Source: Prorocentrum cordatum (lineage: Eukaryota). From it: 57,526 nt of DNA. The notes beneath the pieces were generated by a model. The model saw only the letters and a list, made by a program, of their open reading frames with translations. It searched no databases and was not told the DNA's origin. Positions 14,262-27,467 of the stretch are shown piece by piece. Made by a program: the position numbers and the translations under genes. The stretch is taken from the NCBI GenBank assembly GCA_963575745.1, contig CAUYUJ010000018.1:62001-119526 (forward strand), in the 5' to 3' direction. Positions within the stretch are counted from its first letter, which is position 1. Each line of letters starts with the position of its first letter.

Positions 14262-14592
14262 AAAGCTGTCGCAGGGGTTCCAGACAGTTTCGGAGGTTTG
14301 CGGTGGCGACGACGACGGCGACCACCACCACCACCTCGACAACGGCAAAGACGCGGACCGCGGCGACGATGACGACAGACTAGGATTTGTTTGAAGAATG
14401 ATCTTTCGAAACGAACGAGTGCGCGCGCAAAGTATTATCAGGTATGAGGGGGCGTCGATACCAATTTGACTGGGATGGTACGATGAGGCAGAAGCACTCG
14501 TTGTAAGTAATCTCCCAGGGGGGGTCGATAAGTCCATGGGGTAGAGGGTGGTGGAATCGGTCTGTCTTTTGCAAAAAGATCAGATTTACATA

Positions 14593-14625
<33 letters not shown>

Positions 14626-15626
14626 ATATAAAATATGGAGCAAAATATGTGGCGCAATCTACGTATTGCAGGTGGTCAACCTGTGCGATGCGTGGTGCAA
14701 AGCGTGGGTCAAACCACGTAGGACAATTGCATATATGTGGCGCAATACAGCCAAACGTATGATTAAGAAGATCACGGTTTAGGAAACCTTAGCCAGCTCT
14801 TTCTGGAAGTTTCTTCAAACAAGCCTGGGTCAACTTCTGCTGTTCACGCTGGAGGGGCGAACGTGCTCAAGAAACGGGGCCAGCTTTCCAGCAAGTTGGT
14901 TACGACACGTTGGCCCAGCTTTTCAGCAAGAGGTTTCTGAATCAGATGCTAGACTGTAGATGTGATGCAAGCTATTCAGCCCAAGCTATGCGGTGCCATC
15001 TGCGCAACTGGAGGGCACAGGGGGCCCACGTGCCCCGGCAGACGCGGCCAGACGGGACTCCCACGAGACGCCCACGAGCGGCCACGAGGGCGAAACCTCG
15101 GTCGCGACGACGACGACGACAGGCCGTGCCAGAGGACGCCCAAATGAACAGGGCCGGGCATAGCGGTCAACCCGTTTAGTGAGAATGCGCGGTAAGGATG
15201 CAAAGGCCTTGGAAGGCCACGTCGACACTTTGCGAGCGGGGCGCGGCCAGCGAAAAGTCGCGAAGGATTGGCCGAAGGGGCAAGGATACAAGGGTACCCT
15301 TAGGAAGGCTTGCAATCCTTATTTCGCGGGTTGACTATTGCGGTCACGACCCTCCCCGAGAAATCTGGTGGCACTACTGGACAAGGACACCCATCCGACT
15401 CTGCGGCGATGCCTTTCCTAAGGGAGACATGCCCACCCCCAAAAACCTCTGATTCCGTGACTCTTTCACAGAATGTCGACCCCCAGAAGCCTCGACCCGT
15501 TCGCCAGGACCCGCTTTCCATCCCGAGTCGTTCTTTGACAGCCCCGAGGCTGGGCAAGGGCCCCGAGAGGCCGAAACCAGCGCGAGAACGACCTCCTGCT
15601 ACGATTCTCTCATGGCCCGAGGGAGC

Positions 15627-15803
15627 CTGGGCCCGCAGCGATGGCCACGAGGGCAGCGTCGCCTTCGCCAGGACCTGGGGTGCCGCCGCCTTGCAGGCGG
15701 CTGCGCGCGGCGGCAGGCACAGCCCCGCGGCCAACAGCGCCGCGGCCAGCGACGCCCCCGCCGCCAGGAGCTGCAGCGGCCAGCCGGCGTCGCCCGCTGG
15801 CGC
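15627..15803 (-). CDS. Candidate micro-exon of an unidentified host gene (hydrophobic, APAGDAGWPLQLLAAGASLAAALLAAGLC...LRAQ)
   Basis: Non-repetitive 177-nt (59-codon) island between repeats, bounded by cag|G and CAG|gc, stop-free and GC3-rich. Confidence 0.4.
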
Positions 15804-15829
15804 CTGCCGACGACGGCGGCAAAAGCGAC

Positions 15830-16232
15830 AAGGACGAGGAGGAGGAGGAGGACGAGGAGGAGGACGAGGACGACGGTGACGACCGCGGCGGCGAAGGAGG
15901 TGGGCGGCGGCGGCGACGAGGACGGCGTCGACAGCGGCGGGCGGCGACTGCGACGGCGGCGGCGACGGCGCCGACGACGACGACGACGAAGACGACGGCG
16001 ACGACGAAGACGACGACGACGACGACGGCGATGACGACGGCGATGACCACCACGGTGGCGACGACGACGACGGCGGCGACAGCGGCGGCTGGCGACGGCG
16101 ACGAGGACGACGACGACGAAGACGACGAAGACGACGGCGATGACGATGACGGTGGCGACAACGACGGCGGCGATCACGACGAGGACGACGACAACGGCGA
16201 CGGCTACGACGACGACGACGACGACGACGGCT

Positions 16233-16263
<31 letters not shown>

Positions 16264-16295
16264 CGACGACGGCGACAGCGGCGGCTGGCGACGGC

Positions 16296-16327
<32 letters not shown>

Positions 16328-16397
16328 CGAGGACGAGGACGAGGACGACGACGACGATGACGACGACTGCGGCGGCGGCGGCGATCACGACGAGGAC

Positions 16398-16433
<36 letters not shown>

Positions 16434-16538
16434 AACGACGACGACGGCGGCGGCGGCGGCGACGACGACGACGGCGGCGGCGGCGACGACGACGACGGCG
16501 GCGACAGCGGCGGCTGGCGACGGCGACGAGGACGACGG

Positions 16539-16574
<36 letters not shown>

Positions 16575-16587
16575 AGACGAGGACGAA

Positions 16588-16645
<58 letters not shown>

Positions 16646-18280
16646 GCGGCGGCGGCGGCTGCGACAGCTATGGGCGGCGAGGGCGACGAGGACGACGGCG
16701 TCGTCGTTTTGACGATTTTTGGGTGCGGAGAAAGAGGACCGACTCCGGGTCAGGCACACCCGGGGCCCAGGCTCGGTGCGTTCGCTATCCAGACTTGGCT
16801 GGGGAGGCATGTACGCCGATCTTGGGCCCCGTGTGGACCTGGCCAGGATCGGCGTATGTGCACAGTTCTCTTCGCCCAGTCTGGAGGCTCGTCGCCGCCA
16901 TGCGGTGGGGGACTGTGGCCTGAAAGGCCGCCAGGAGGCCGACGTCGTCCGCAGGGAGCCTCTCGCAGGCGCCGTCGGCGTCTTCGACGTCGGCTTCTTC
17001 GTCGTCTGCGGCGGCGTCGCCGTCGTCGCGACTGTCGTCGTCGGCGTCGGCGTCGTCGGAGCCGTCATCGTCGCAGGCTCTCCCAGCGGACCCTCGGATC
17101 TGGCGGCCTCTCCCCGAGGCTCCCAGGAAGGCTCTTCGGAAGCTCTCGGCGGCCTCGTGTGGCCCCAGGAGCACATCCCGGCTGCGACACGACATGATAA
17201 TCGGGCCCGTTCCATCGACGACACGTCGTGGTCGTCGTGGTCGTCGTTGACGCCGTGGTCGTCGCGGTCGTCGTAGTCATCGTCGCCGCCGTCGGCTCCA
17301 CCGTCGTGGTCATTGCCGTCGTCGTGATAGCCGTGTGGTGGTCGTCGTGGTGGTCGTCGTGGTGGTCGTCGTGTTGAACGTCGTGGTCATCGCGGTCGTC
17401 GTGGTCGTGGTCCTGATCGTGGTCGTGGTCGCCGCTGTTGTCGTCGCCGCCGCCGCCGTCTGACCAATATCCGCCCAGGGCCGCGTCTAGCCCCGGCCAG
17501 TTTCTTCGTGCCGCGCCCAGCCGTGGTAACGAGAACCTCCGGGGAGGCCCAGAAGGCCTTCGAAACGCCGAAGACGACGCCGTCGCCGCCGGTTTTGAAG
17601 CCTCGGGACGTCTCCGGACTTCTCCGGAGGTCTGCCGTCGTCGTCGCCCTCGTCGTCGTCGTCCTGGCCGCGCCCGCCGTCGCTGCCGCCGCCGGCGTCG
17701 AGGTCGTCGTGGTCGTCGTCGTCGCCGTTGCTGTCGTCGCCGCCGTCGCCGCCGTGGTCGACGTGGGAGGTACGGGCTGGCCTGCGGCGCTGCCCCGGCG
17801 GTGGCCAGCCTCCCAGCCGCGGGCTCGGCCTTCGCGGCGACGGCGTCCTGCGCGCCACGGGCGCCGTCACCGTGGTGGTCATGACGATCGTCGACGTCGT
17901 CGCAGGTCGGGGATCTAGAGTCGACGATACCATCGGAGACCGAGGATCGAGGATCGCAGATCGTCGAAGATCGAGGATAGGAGATCGGAGCCTATCGTCG
18001 GTGGCCTCAGGGGGCCTCCAGAAGCCTCAAACAAATTCCAAGAATCTCAAAAGAGTCTCCAGGAACTTGCGCAGACCACTGGAGACGACGCAACGCTATG
18101 GTCGTCAGCGTCGTGGTGGTGGTCGCTGTCGTGGTCATCGTAGTTGTAGACGTCGTAGTCGCCGTAGTTGTAGTCGCAGTCGTCGTCCTCGTAAACGTTG
18201 TAGTCGTAGTCGTAGTCGTTGTCGTCGGCGTCGGCGTCTGCATCGGCGTAGTCGTCGGCATCGTCGTCGCTGTCGTCGAC
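15830..18280. repeat. (GAC/GGC)n block followed by (GTC)n blocks
   Basis: Directly visible; polarity flips at about 16.7-16.9 kb. Confidence 0.9.
17782..17847 (-). CDS. Candidate 66-nt micro-exon (DAVAAKAEPAAGRLATAGAAPQ)
   Basis: gcgcag|GAC...CCG CAG|gcc; a phase-0 island within (GAC)n sequence. Confidence 0.4.
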
Positions 18281-18929
18281 GCAACTTGGGTATCCGAGGC
18301 TGTCTTCGGGCACTGGGGCCATCCAAGAGGCGGCCCGCGACGAGAAACCAGTCCCTGGGGTGTTGCCGACAGCTCCCGAGCCCACGTCGTGGAAGAGCTC
18401 GCGCGGCGGACATCTGAGTGACCTGCCGAGCCTCCAGAGCGCACGGAGGAACGCCCCGCCGCGGCGGACGCCGTGCAGGCCCAGCTGAGACCATGGTGGC
18501 CTCTGACATCTGGCCTGCCAGAGCAGCAGGCAACGCGAAAAAAAACGACAAGGAGCGAGGGCGAGGTCGAACCCCCCAGGGAGGGGAGGGAGAGGGAGGA
18601 GGTTCTAGGACGTCTGTGGGAGGTCTTTTGTTCAGTTCTGGGGTGCGCTTCAAGCGTACTCCCGGAGCTTGCCGAGCCCTGCGAGCAGGGCTTGAGAGCC
18701 AGGGGCAGGCGTGAGCAGTTCGGCAGGCGTGGGAATTTTGGCAGAATCTCCCAAGGACTCCGTGGCCCTACCCCCCCCCCGTTTGGGACGTCCCCGCCCC
18801 ATGTGGATCGGGAGGGGTCGTGCGGGCTGTTGCCATTGGCCCGAATTGACCCCCTTTCGTAAAACTCCGCCCCGTGCGCGGGCGTGCGTTGATCCCTTTC
18901 GGCTGCAGGGGCCGCCAGTCTTGTTTGCG

Positions 18930-20115
18930 TTCGATTCGTCGGAGTTTTTGACCACCGGGACACAGCAGCCCCGCAGGGAGCCGAGGGTAAAAACGTTGGT
19001 TTTCAGTGGTTGTTGTCGACTGGTTTCGCCTTCTCACGTTTTCCGGCTTCCAACGCTCCAAGACCGAGGAACTTGAAAAACATAAGGAATTTCACAAATT
19101 CCCTATTTTTGGCAGATTCAACACATGCGGGCCCCCCCTCCGGGGGCGTCCTCCACCTCGCTCACGTCTTCTGTACGCTCCCAGTGCCGCGCTTCCCAGC
19201 CTCCCGGGGAGCCCCCACAAGCCCAATGACAGCCCAAGACGACCCCAAGAAGCCCCCAGAACGAAAAAGAATTACCCAAGACGCTCCCAAGCAACCCAGG
19301 ATAGCTGTCGGGCGGCTCTCCAGGCTCCCAGGAGGCCTCAAGAGAGCTCCGAGAGGCCTCCCGAGAGCGCCAGGAGAATCTAAAGTCGTCAATGTTCCTG
19401 TTTTTTTCTCAAGGCTCTTGGCCTTCTCACCATTTCATGCTTCCAACGCTCCAAGACGGCCGAAGAGGCCCCCAAGACCGCCCAAGAGGCCCCCAAGACG
19501 GCCCCAAGACAGGCCAAGACGGTCCCCAGACTGCCGAAGAGGCGCCCCGGACAGCTCCAGACCACCCCGGAACAGGCCCAAGATGAGTCCAAGAGCAGGA
19601 GCAGGAGGCCGCCAGAGACCTCCGAGAGGACTCCGGGACCCCCCAGAGGCCTCCAACACACCCAGACCCTTGAGAGGTCCCCAGAGAAGCTCTGACGAGG
19701 CCCCCGAAACAGCCCAAGAGAGTTTCGAGAGCCGTCCCGAGAGAGCCCGAAGAGGGTAAAAATGCTGGTTTGCAATAGTTTGTTTGTCGACTTGCTTCGC
19801 CTCCTCACGTTTTCTGGCTTCCCACGCTCCAAGACCGACGAATTTTAGGAACAAAAAAAAGCAATTCCAGAGATTCCCTTCTAAGCAAAAATGAACAAAT
19901 GCGCGCCCCCTCCTCTCGGGGGTCCGCGCTTCCCGACCTCCAGGGGAGCCCCCAAAACGCCCAGGACAGCCCAAGATGACCCCAAGAAGCCCCCAGAACG
20001 TCAAAGAAAGGCCCCCCAAGACGCTCCCAAGCAACCTAGGATAGCTTTCGGTCGGCTCTCCACGGCTCCCAGAAAGCCTCCAAGAGACTTCAAAGACCGA
20101 GGAACTTGAAAAAAC
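18930..20115. repeat. Dispersed 'cccaaga'-rich repeat with internal duplication; relatives at ~30030-30260 and ~42385-42640
   Basis: gtcgact.g.ttcgcct.ctcacgtttt..ggcttcc.acgctccaagaccga occurs at ~19015 and ~19787. Runs of ggcc(c)caaga are shared with the other loci. Confidence 0.75.
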
Positions 20116-21814
20116 AAATCCAGATATTATTTTTTTTCAAGTTGGGACTCCTACTCCCTATCCTCTTCCTCGAGCCCCATCAAGACTTCGGGATCACATG
20201 CAAAGACTTGTCGGGATACTGTTGAACTCTCTAACGCTGTCTTGGTACTCTCTGGGATCGTCTTCGTGTCCTCTTGGCTGCCCCTGAAACCACCGTAGAA
20301 ATCGAGATCCCATGATCCCATGAGTCGAGAAAAAAAAGGAATTTCAAATTTTCTGCATCTTCATTAAATTCGCCCCGTGCCTATGTTTGCACGCAGACCA
20401 CGAGAGGCATCCCAACAGACCGCGGCCTGCATCCAGAAAACTTCTAACTCACAGCCCAGGCACGGTAACTTCATAAAAAAATGCTCCCACAGTTCCGTAT
20501 TTTTTCAAGTTCGCCCCCTTGTCTACTCTTGCAGAACAGACCACAATTGAGGCCCTCCTCAGCTCCCAGAAAAAGAACCCAGGAAGTCTTCGAGGGCCCC
20601 GAATCGTTGAATACCGAACGGGAATTAATGATTGTTGCGTTTCCGCAGTGATTCCGAGGCTTGCGCAGGGCCTCCAAGAGTCCGTGGATGCAAGAAACGA
20701 CCAAAAATAGATCCCATGAGTTAGCCCATCAAGCTTAGCTAGAACTTGATCGCGCGCGAATCGCGCGCGATGGTTCTATTGTATATATATATGTATGTAG
20801 AACTGCCCGAACCCAGCACCTGGAACCTCTTCCCCTCCTCTCTGCTGGCCGGAACCAGTGCTGGGCCAACTCAGACCCCAGCTGCCTTCAAACGCCGGAC
20901 AAAAAAAGGAAAGCGAAGGCCAGGGAACTCGCATAGCACCACATCTCTCCAGTCCGACTGCCTGTCGCACGCAGCCCCACACAGCCTGCCAGGCCCGACG
21001 CAAAACCCTGGACACGCACAGCGAGTTGAGGCGTCCCAAACCCCGATGGCGGGGCCGTCCAAAGCGCGTGAAAGCCTGTGGGGGACGCTTGCAAGGACGC
21101 TTAAAAAAATGTCTGCGGAGCTTGCAGCCTCGTGAGAAGGGGCTGCGCAGGGGCCCCCGAAAAGCTTCGAAGGAGCCGCGGAAAAGGCTTACCGGAAATG
21201 CATTGCAAACGAGCAAGAGAACGCTCTCGGGACAAGCTGCAATCTGACAGGAGTCGCTGCGGCGCTGCGTTACCAGCGCCAGAAAGAGCTCCTGAGCTAC
21301 CATTCGATGCCGGCTTCTCATCTGCAGCCTTCTGAGCTCTCAGAGAGCTATCCGGGAATCTCCAAAGGCCCCCCCACCCCCTATGATGTGCCGATGGAGG
21401 ATTATCGCCCGGGATGGGTGCAGGGGAGGGGCGGTGCCCTGGCTGCAATCTGTGGAGGAGGAGAGGGAGGAGGAGGAGGAGGAGGAGGAGGAGGAGGAGG
21501 AAGAAGAAGAGAACGAGGAGGTGGAGGAGGAGGGCCTCCACATCCTCAGTTCTCCCCCGGTAGCAGGAGAGCCCAGAATGGAATCGACAAATCGGATCGG
21601 CGATCGAAATGCATCGGATCGGCGGACATCGGTAGCCAAGTTGGGAGAAGTCGAATCGGCGGAAATTGGCAGCGGCAGACTAGCAGGCCTCCAATGAAAC
21701 ATCGGAGCCCAAATCGGAATCCGAAGTCGAATCGGAATCGGCAGCCATCGAGACCGAATCGAACCGATTTGGAGGGTTCGAAATGAGCCCTGTGGTCGTG
21801 GTGGTGGAAAGAAT

Positions 21815-22077
21815 GCCCCCTCCTCCTCCTCCTCCTCCTCCTCCTCCTCCTCCTCCTCCTCCTCCTCCTCCCTCCTCCCTCCTCCTCCTCTCCCTTCCCC
21901 CCCCCCCCCCAGCCAGAGCGACGGCCGCGTCCTGGCTGGCCACGAGCGCCGCCAAGCGGGCGCCGTGGGCCGCGAGCCGCTGGCCGCCGCGGCCGGCCAG
22001 GCGGCCCGAGGAAAGGGCCGTCGTCGTCGCCGCCGCCGCCACCGAGGTCGTCATCGTCACGGTCGTCGTCGTCGTCG

Positions 22078-22120
<43 letters not shown>

Positions 22121-22379
22121 TGCGTCGTGGTCGTGGTCGTGGTCGTCGTCGTCGTCGCTGTCGCGGCCGCCGCCGCCGCCGCCGCCACCGCGGTCGTCGT
22201 CGGGTCGTCGTGGGCGTCGGCGTCCGTCGTCGGGTCGTCTGTCGTCGGTCGTCGCCGTCGTCGTGGTCGTCGCCGTCGTCCTCGTCGTCATCCGTCGTCG
22301 TCGTCGTCCGTCGAAATCATCGTCATCGGCGTCGTGCACGCCCCTCGTCGCCGCCGTTGCCGTCGTCGTCGTCGTCGGC

Positions 22380-22432
<53 letters not shown>

Positions 22433-22443
22433 GCACCTGATTC

Positions 22444-22490
<47 letters not shown>

Positions 22491-22706
22491 CGTCGACGTC
22501 GTCGTCATCGCGGTCGTGGACGCCCCACGTCGTCGTCGTCGTCGCCGGCCTCCTAGGTCGTCGTCGAGTCGTCGTGGGCGTCGGCGTCCGTCGTCCGTCG
22601 TCGTCGTCGTCGTCGTCTTCTTCGTCGCCCGACGTCCTCGTGGTCGTCATCGCCGTCCGTCGTCCGTCATGCGTCGTCGGTCGTGGTCGGGTCGCCGACG
22701 TCGTCA

Positions 22707-22739
<33 letters not shown>

Positions 22740-23480
22740 TCGTCGTCGCCACCGCCACCGCGGTCGTCGTCGAGTCGCAGTCGTGGTCGTCGTCGACGCC
22801 GCCGTCGCCGTGGTCGGGTCGCCGTGAGCGTCGGCATCCGTCGTCGGTCGTCGTCGTCGTCGTCGGTCGTTGTCGGTCGTCGTCGTCCGCCGACGTCGTC
22901 GTCATCGTCGTCGTGCACGCCCCTCGTCGCCGCCGTTGCCGTCGTCGTCGTCGTCGGCACCCGTCGTCGTCGTTGTCATCGTCGTGGTCGTCGTCGTGCG
23001 ATGCGATGCGATGCAACCACCGTTGCGGACATCGTCCGGGCCTAGTGCAGACCAGGTGGGTGAGGCCATGGCCTCTAGGATCTGAGATATTTGGATTCAT
23101 GCAATGCGAGGCATGTAAAAAAGTTAGGAGGAGAAGGGGAGGAGGAGGAAAAAAAGTCCTTGGTGTCGGTGTCGGCGCGGGTTGGGCGAGATTACGTCAT
23201 TGGTCTGAGTCCCGGGTGCTGGTCGTGGGCTTCGGCGATTGTCGTCGTCGCGATTACGTCGTGGGCTTCGGCGGTTGTCGTCCATCGTCGTCGTCGTCGC
23301 GATGGTCGTCGTTGTCTTCTTCGTTCGCCATTGTCGTTCGTCTGTTGTCCGTCGTCAGTAGTGGTCCGTTGCCGTCGTCGCAGTGGTCGTCATCGTCCTC
23401 GTCGTCGTCGTTTTCGTCGTCGTCGCCGCAGCAGCCGCCAATGCGGTCACTTTCGGGTCGCAATCGTGGTCGTCGTCGTC
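21815..23480. repeat. (CCT)n / (CGT)n microsatellite field
   Basis: Directly visible. Confidence 0.92.
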
Positions 23481-23496
23481 GCTGGCTTCTTCACTA

Positions 23497-24187
23497 GAGC
23501 GCAGCTGTTAGCCGAGCACGTTCGTGCTGGCACGTGTGGGTGGATGGAGCATCCACCACCACCATGTAGAGACCGCAGGCGCAGTCTAGTTCCCAGTGGA
23601 TGCCCCTCAGAGCCTTAGAATGTTGCCTATTTTCCATACGATAACCTTCGGCCAATGTATGCATCAAGCTGGCGATCCGCACTCCCACGGTAAAGCGTCG
23701 ACTCGAACACTCGCCCCAAACTCCCAATGATGTACGGCCTCTTGAAGGCCACCAACAATGGTTTCTGCTACCACGGAGAGGGGGCGCACTCTGTGTGCTA
23801 GGAAAACACAAGGACGGGACTTCCAAGACCAGCAGCCAAAATACCTACCCCTACTCAATGTGCAGACCTATCGCGCAGGTCATGTTTAACGGAGTGCAAG
23901 CAGCGCATCACAACTAGGATGCTGGCGACCCTTCCGACTGTGCAGGACGAGGAATCTGATATCGCTGCTATCAGACAATTCGATGCGCCCTGGTCCGACA
24001 GTGGCGCGTTTTGGGAAGCTCCCGAATTCGCCGGCACTCGAGGGGCAAAACGCAAGCCCGACCCTGAGAGGTGGAGGTGGGTCCCCCCGACCCCTCCTCC
24101 CGCGCCCTCCTCCCTTGGTCCCGCTCCTGGCCCGCGACGCTTCAGCTGCATCAGGGCTGGATCTGAACGTTGTTGTTCGTGTTGTTG
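23497..24187 (+). pseudogene. Decayed C-terminal half of a retroelement-type C5 DNA methyltransferase (probable 5'-truncated retrocopy)
   Basis: Across frameshifts: GWMEHP (ATG at 23544; motif VI-like), TITFGQCMH, FCYHGEGAHSV/LGKHKDGTSKTSSQNTYPYSMCRPIAQVM. This is colinear with ENP...DYCAWG...C...H..I.G....G...EPNP..LC..F of the MTase at 48731-48006. It ends in a short (GTT)n tract. Confidence 0.6.
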
Positions 24188-24348
24188 AGGTTTTGTTTCT
24201 CGTTTTGCTCTACCTGTCTTCCTGCGCCTCCCTGCCAAACCGAAAAACAAGACACAGCCGAAGCCCAGCAGAACAGTGTTTGTGCCCAGCCCTGACCTTC
24301 ATCGCTGGCCTGGTCTGAGCAGGCTCCAAGAGGCGCCAGGCAAGTGTT

Positions 24349-24525
24349 AGGTCGGGCCTGTCCCCCTACAGGCGGACTTTGGAAGGAAAACATGTAGAAC
24401 ATCTTCTCAATTTGTCTCCCAACCCAAAAAAAAACACGAATTGTCGAAAAAACAAAATCAAAACGCCCCCAGGCCATTATTTGCCTGTTTTGGAATTTTC
24501 CTCCTGTAGAGGGGCACGCCCGCCT
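24349..24525. mobile_element. MITE-like element, family 1 (~23-bp TIR aggtcgggcgtgtccctctacagg)
   Basis: The left end aggtcgggcctgtccccctacagg is the inverse of the right end cctgtagaggggcacgcccgcct. Other copies lie at 55441-55603 and, left arm only, at 27214. Confidence 0.75.
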
Positions 24526-24666
24526 TCAGGCAAGTGCAGCGAGCTAGCTGGCGCTCCCAGGCTCTCTAGAGCGGGCTCCCTGCCGCTGCCCGCCGAGGAG
24601 CTCCCTCGACGCGGGCGACGAGGCGGCCAGGCCCCCGGGCCTGGAGGAGGCCGCGCCCGCCTCGGC

Positions 24667-24707
24667 CTCGGAGGATGCCCCGAGGGCGCTGGTCGCCCTC
24701 TCCTCCA

Positions 24708-24759
<52 letters not shown>

Positions 24760-24794
24760 ATGGCGGTCGAGGGTGATCCTGTGGCCATGCACGC
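24667..24794 (-). CDS. Candidate micro-exon with a poly-Gln tract (ITLDRHEQ15VEERATSALGASSE)
   Basis: gacag|GC...GAG|gc boundaries; (CAG)n embedded in an otherwise complex reading frame. Confidence 0.3.
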
Positions 24795-25478
24795 CTGTCC
24801 TGCCCCTCCCGCCCGGCAAAGACCTGGGTGGGAGGGTGGGCTCAACAGGGAAGAAGTATGTATGTATGTATGTATGTATGTATGTATGTATGTAGGTAGG
24901 TAGGTAGGTAGGTAGGTAGGTAGGTAGGTATGTATGTATATATAAATATATATATGTGTATGTAAAGAAAAACGCGCCGAAGCCCGAGAGAGGGAGAGAG
25001 AGACGACGACGACGCAAGCGCGCGTTTCCGTGGCATGTCGAGGCCATCCTGCGGCCCAAGTCGAAATTGTTGCGGCTTGCTGTGTGCTCCCGGGGCTTTA
25101 TAGGCCCTGAGGGGCCCAGACGGCTGCCCAGAACCATGGAGCACGACCCCCGACGTCATGACTTTTTCGTTACGTCGACCCCTGGAGGTCTCGACCCATT
25201 CCCCTGAACCGGTTTTTCACCCTGAGTCGTTCTTGTGGACGGCCCCGAGGACCGGTAAGGGCCCCCAGAGGCCGAAAATACAAAAAAAAAAAAAAAAACA
25301 CTCCCGTCCAGATTTTTGCATTGCCCGAGGGGGTCTGGGGAGCGCGACCCAGCGTCATCGGCCAGCGTCCACCGCCGCCCCCCCCCCCCCTCCCGCCCCC
25401 TGCAGGAAGGCCCGCGCGAGGCCACGAAAAGCGCCCCTGGGAAAGCTCCGGGCCCCGGCCCCAAGGGGGTTTGTGTGG

Positions 25479-25707
25479 AGCAGGGACCGACCGTCCAGGC
25501 ATTTCTGTAGGCCCACCACGACGTGTTCTTAGAACCCAACAGCGTTCCAATAACAAAAACGACATGTTCTTAGCACAGAAGCCCGATGTGTTAAAACAAG
25601 ACAGACGCAGCCAGAAATGTTCTGAGAACATTTCGTTGAAACCACGGGAGATCCTCAGAACACTCTTTGGTGGGCCTGCAGGCGAGCCAGGACGCTTCGC
25701 CACTGCT
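25479..25707. mobile_element. MITE-like element, family 2 (~40-bp imperfect TIR)
   Basis: Left end agcagggaccgaccgtccaggcatttctgtaggcccacca versus the reverse complement of the right end agcagtggcgaagcgtcctggctcgcctgcaggcccacca. A homologous copy lies at 55050-55277. Confidence 0.75.
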
Positions 25708-26669
25708 TGACTGTGGGCGCTCTTCGCCCGGCCGCGGCGCATGGCCCGCGCCGCGCCAGGACTCCAGCTCCCTGCGGAGCTGGTCGCCCTCGGCGTGCAG
25801 CGCCGCCTGCGCTCGCCGTCCGCCGCCGCCGCCGCGCGGTGCCGCTCGGCCGAGGACCCGTCCGTGGAGGCCGGGAACGCTCGAGCTCCGGTCGGTCGAG
25901 GCGCGAGGCTCGGGGGAGAAGGCTCGGGGCTCGAGGCTCGGGGCTCGAGGCACTCGAGGCTCGAGGCTCTCGAGATGCTCGAGGCTCTCGAGATGCTCGA
26001 GATGCGAGGCTCCAGATTGTCGTCGTCGCGACCGCCGGTCGATCGATCGAGAATCGAGGATCGCTCGCTCCGTGGCGGGTAGAGATCAGAGGAGCGAGAT
26101 TTCTTGCGTCTCGTCCTCCCTTCCCGGGCCCGAGGGGCCTCTGGAGGTCTCTGCGGGGGCCTACGGTGGCCTACGGGCCGCTGCTGCCGACGTCGATCGA
26201 GGGTCGAGGCTCCATCGATCGAGGCTCGAGGTGCGATCGAGCCTTTGCAGAGGCTGGATGGAGTCTGGGCAGATGGGGTCGGAGGGCCACGCCGCATCGA
26301 CGAGACACCGGGGCGATGCGTTGGCGATGCCTCGGCCATGCATCGGCGACGTCGGCGACGCATCGGCGACGTCGACACGAGGAACATCGGGATCCACAAC
26401 GAGCCGTCTATCGTGGATGCATCGGCGAAGCGGCGCGACCCTCCGACACCATTTACTCCGACTCCATCCAGGATGCCTATGTAGAGGTTGGACGCTCACG
26501 GTCCTTTCTGGGCCTCCGCGTAGGGGGTCCTTCGTGGCCGCGGGTGGGTCCGCCTCGAGGCCCTGGCCACGACGCACCCCCAGGACAGGCCCCTTGAAAG
26601 AACATATCGTGGATACCCCCTGGAGATCGGCGTCGTCCGACGTCCATCGTGTCGGCCATCGTGACCGTG

Positions 26670-26703
<34 letters not shown>

Positions 26704-26865
26704 TCGTCGTCGTCGTTGTGATTGTCGTCGTCGGCGGCGGCGTCCTCGTCCTCGTCCTCCTCCGCCTTGTCTTCCACGTCATCGTCGTCGTCGTCCTCCT
26801 CCCCCTCCTCCTCCTCCTCCTTCTCATCCTCCTTTTCCTCGTAGTCGTCGTCGTCGTGGTAGTCT

Positions 26866-26900
<35 letters not shown>

Positions 26901-27365
26901 CTTCGTCCTCGTCCTCGTCCTCGTCGCGGTCACGGCGGCCGTCGACGTCGTGATCGCGGTGACGGCGGGCGTGGAGCCAGGGGGCGCGCTGGGCGGCGGA
27001 GGAGAAGATCCGGAGGTTTTCGGGAAGTCTTCAAGGACGTTTGAGGGTCAACCTTGGGGGGGGGGCTGGCTCTGGGGGAGACATCGACCTAGAATCGGCG
27101 ATGCTTCGCCGATAAACAAGGCGCAGCTGCTGGAAGGCACCCCGAAGCTGGAAGGCCGACGAGAACCGACGAAGACGGCCGAACACCTCGACCCTCGAAC
27201 CGAACGTTGCCTTAGGTCGGGCGTGTCCCTCTACAGGCGGATTGTGGACTTAAACATGCCCCCCAAAATACCAACAAACATATTCAAGAATAGTCAAACA
27301 ATCGTCCCCTGACTATTTCTAGACTATTTTTGCCCTGGACTGGCGGCCTCGGGAAGCCATCGGGC

Positions 27366-27467
27366 CTGGGGGGCGGCTTCCATCAGCAGGACACCTCGCC
27401 AGGGGGCCGCACGGAGAGACGCCCCGGGGGGCGCCCCGAGCGGCCACCCGGGGCCAGAGGGCTCTGC
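27366..27467 (-). CDS. Candidate 102-nt micro-exon (AEPSGPGWPLG...VLLMEAAPQ)
   Basis: cacaag|GCA...CAG|gcc, phase 0, stop-free. Confidence 0.3.
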
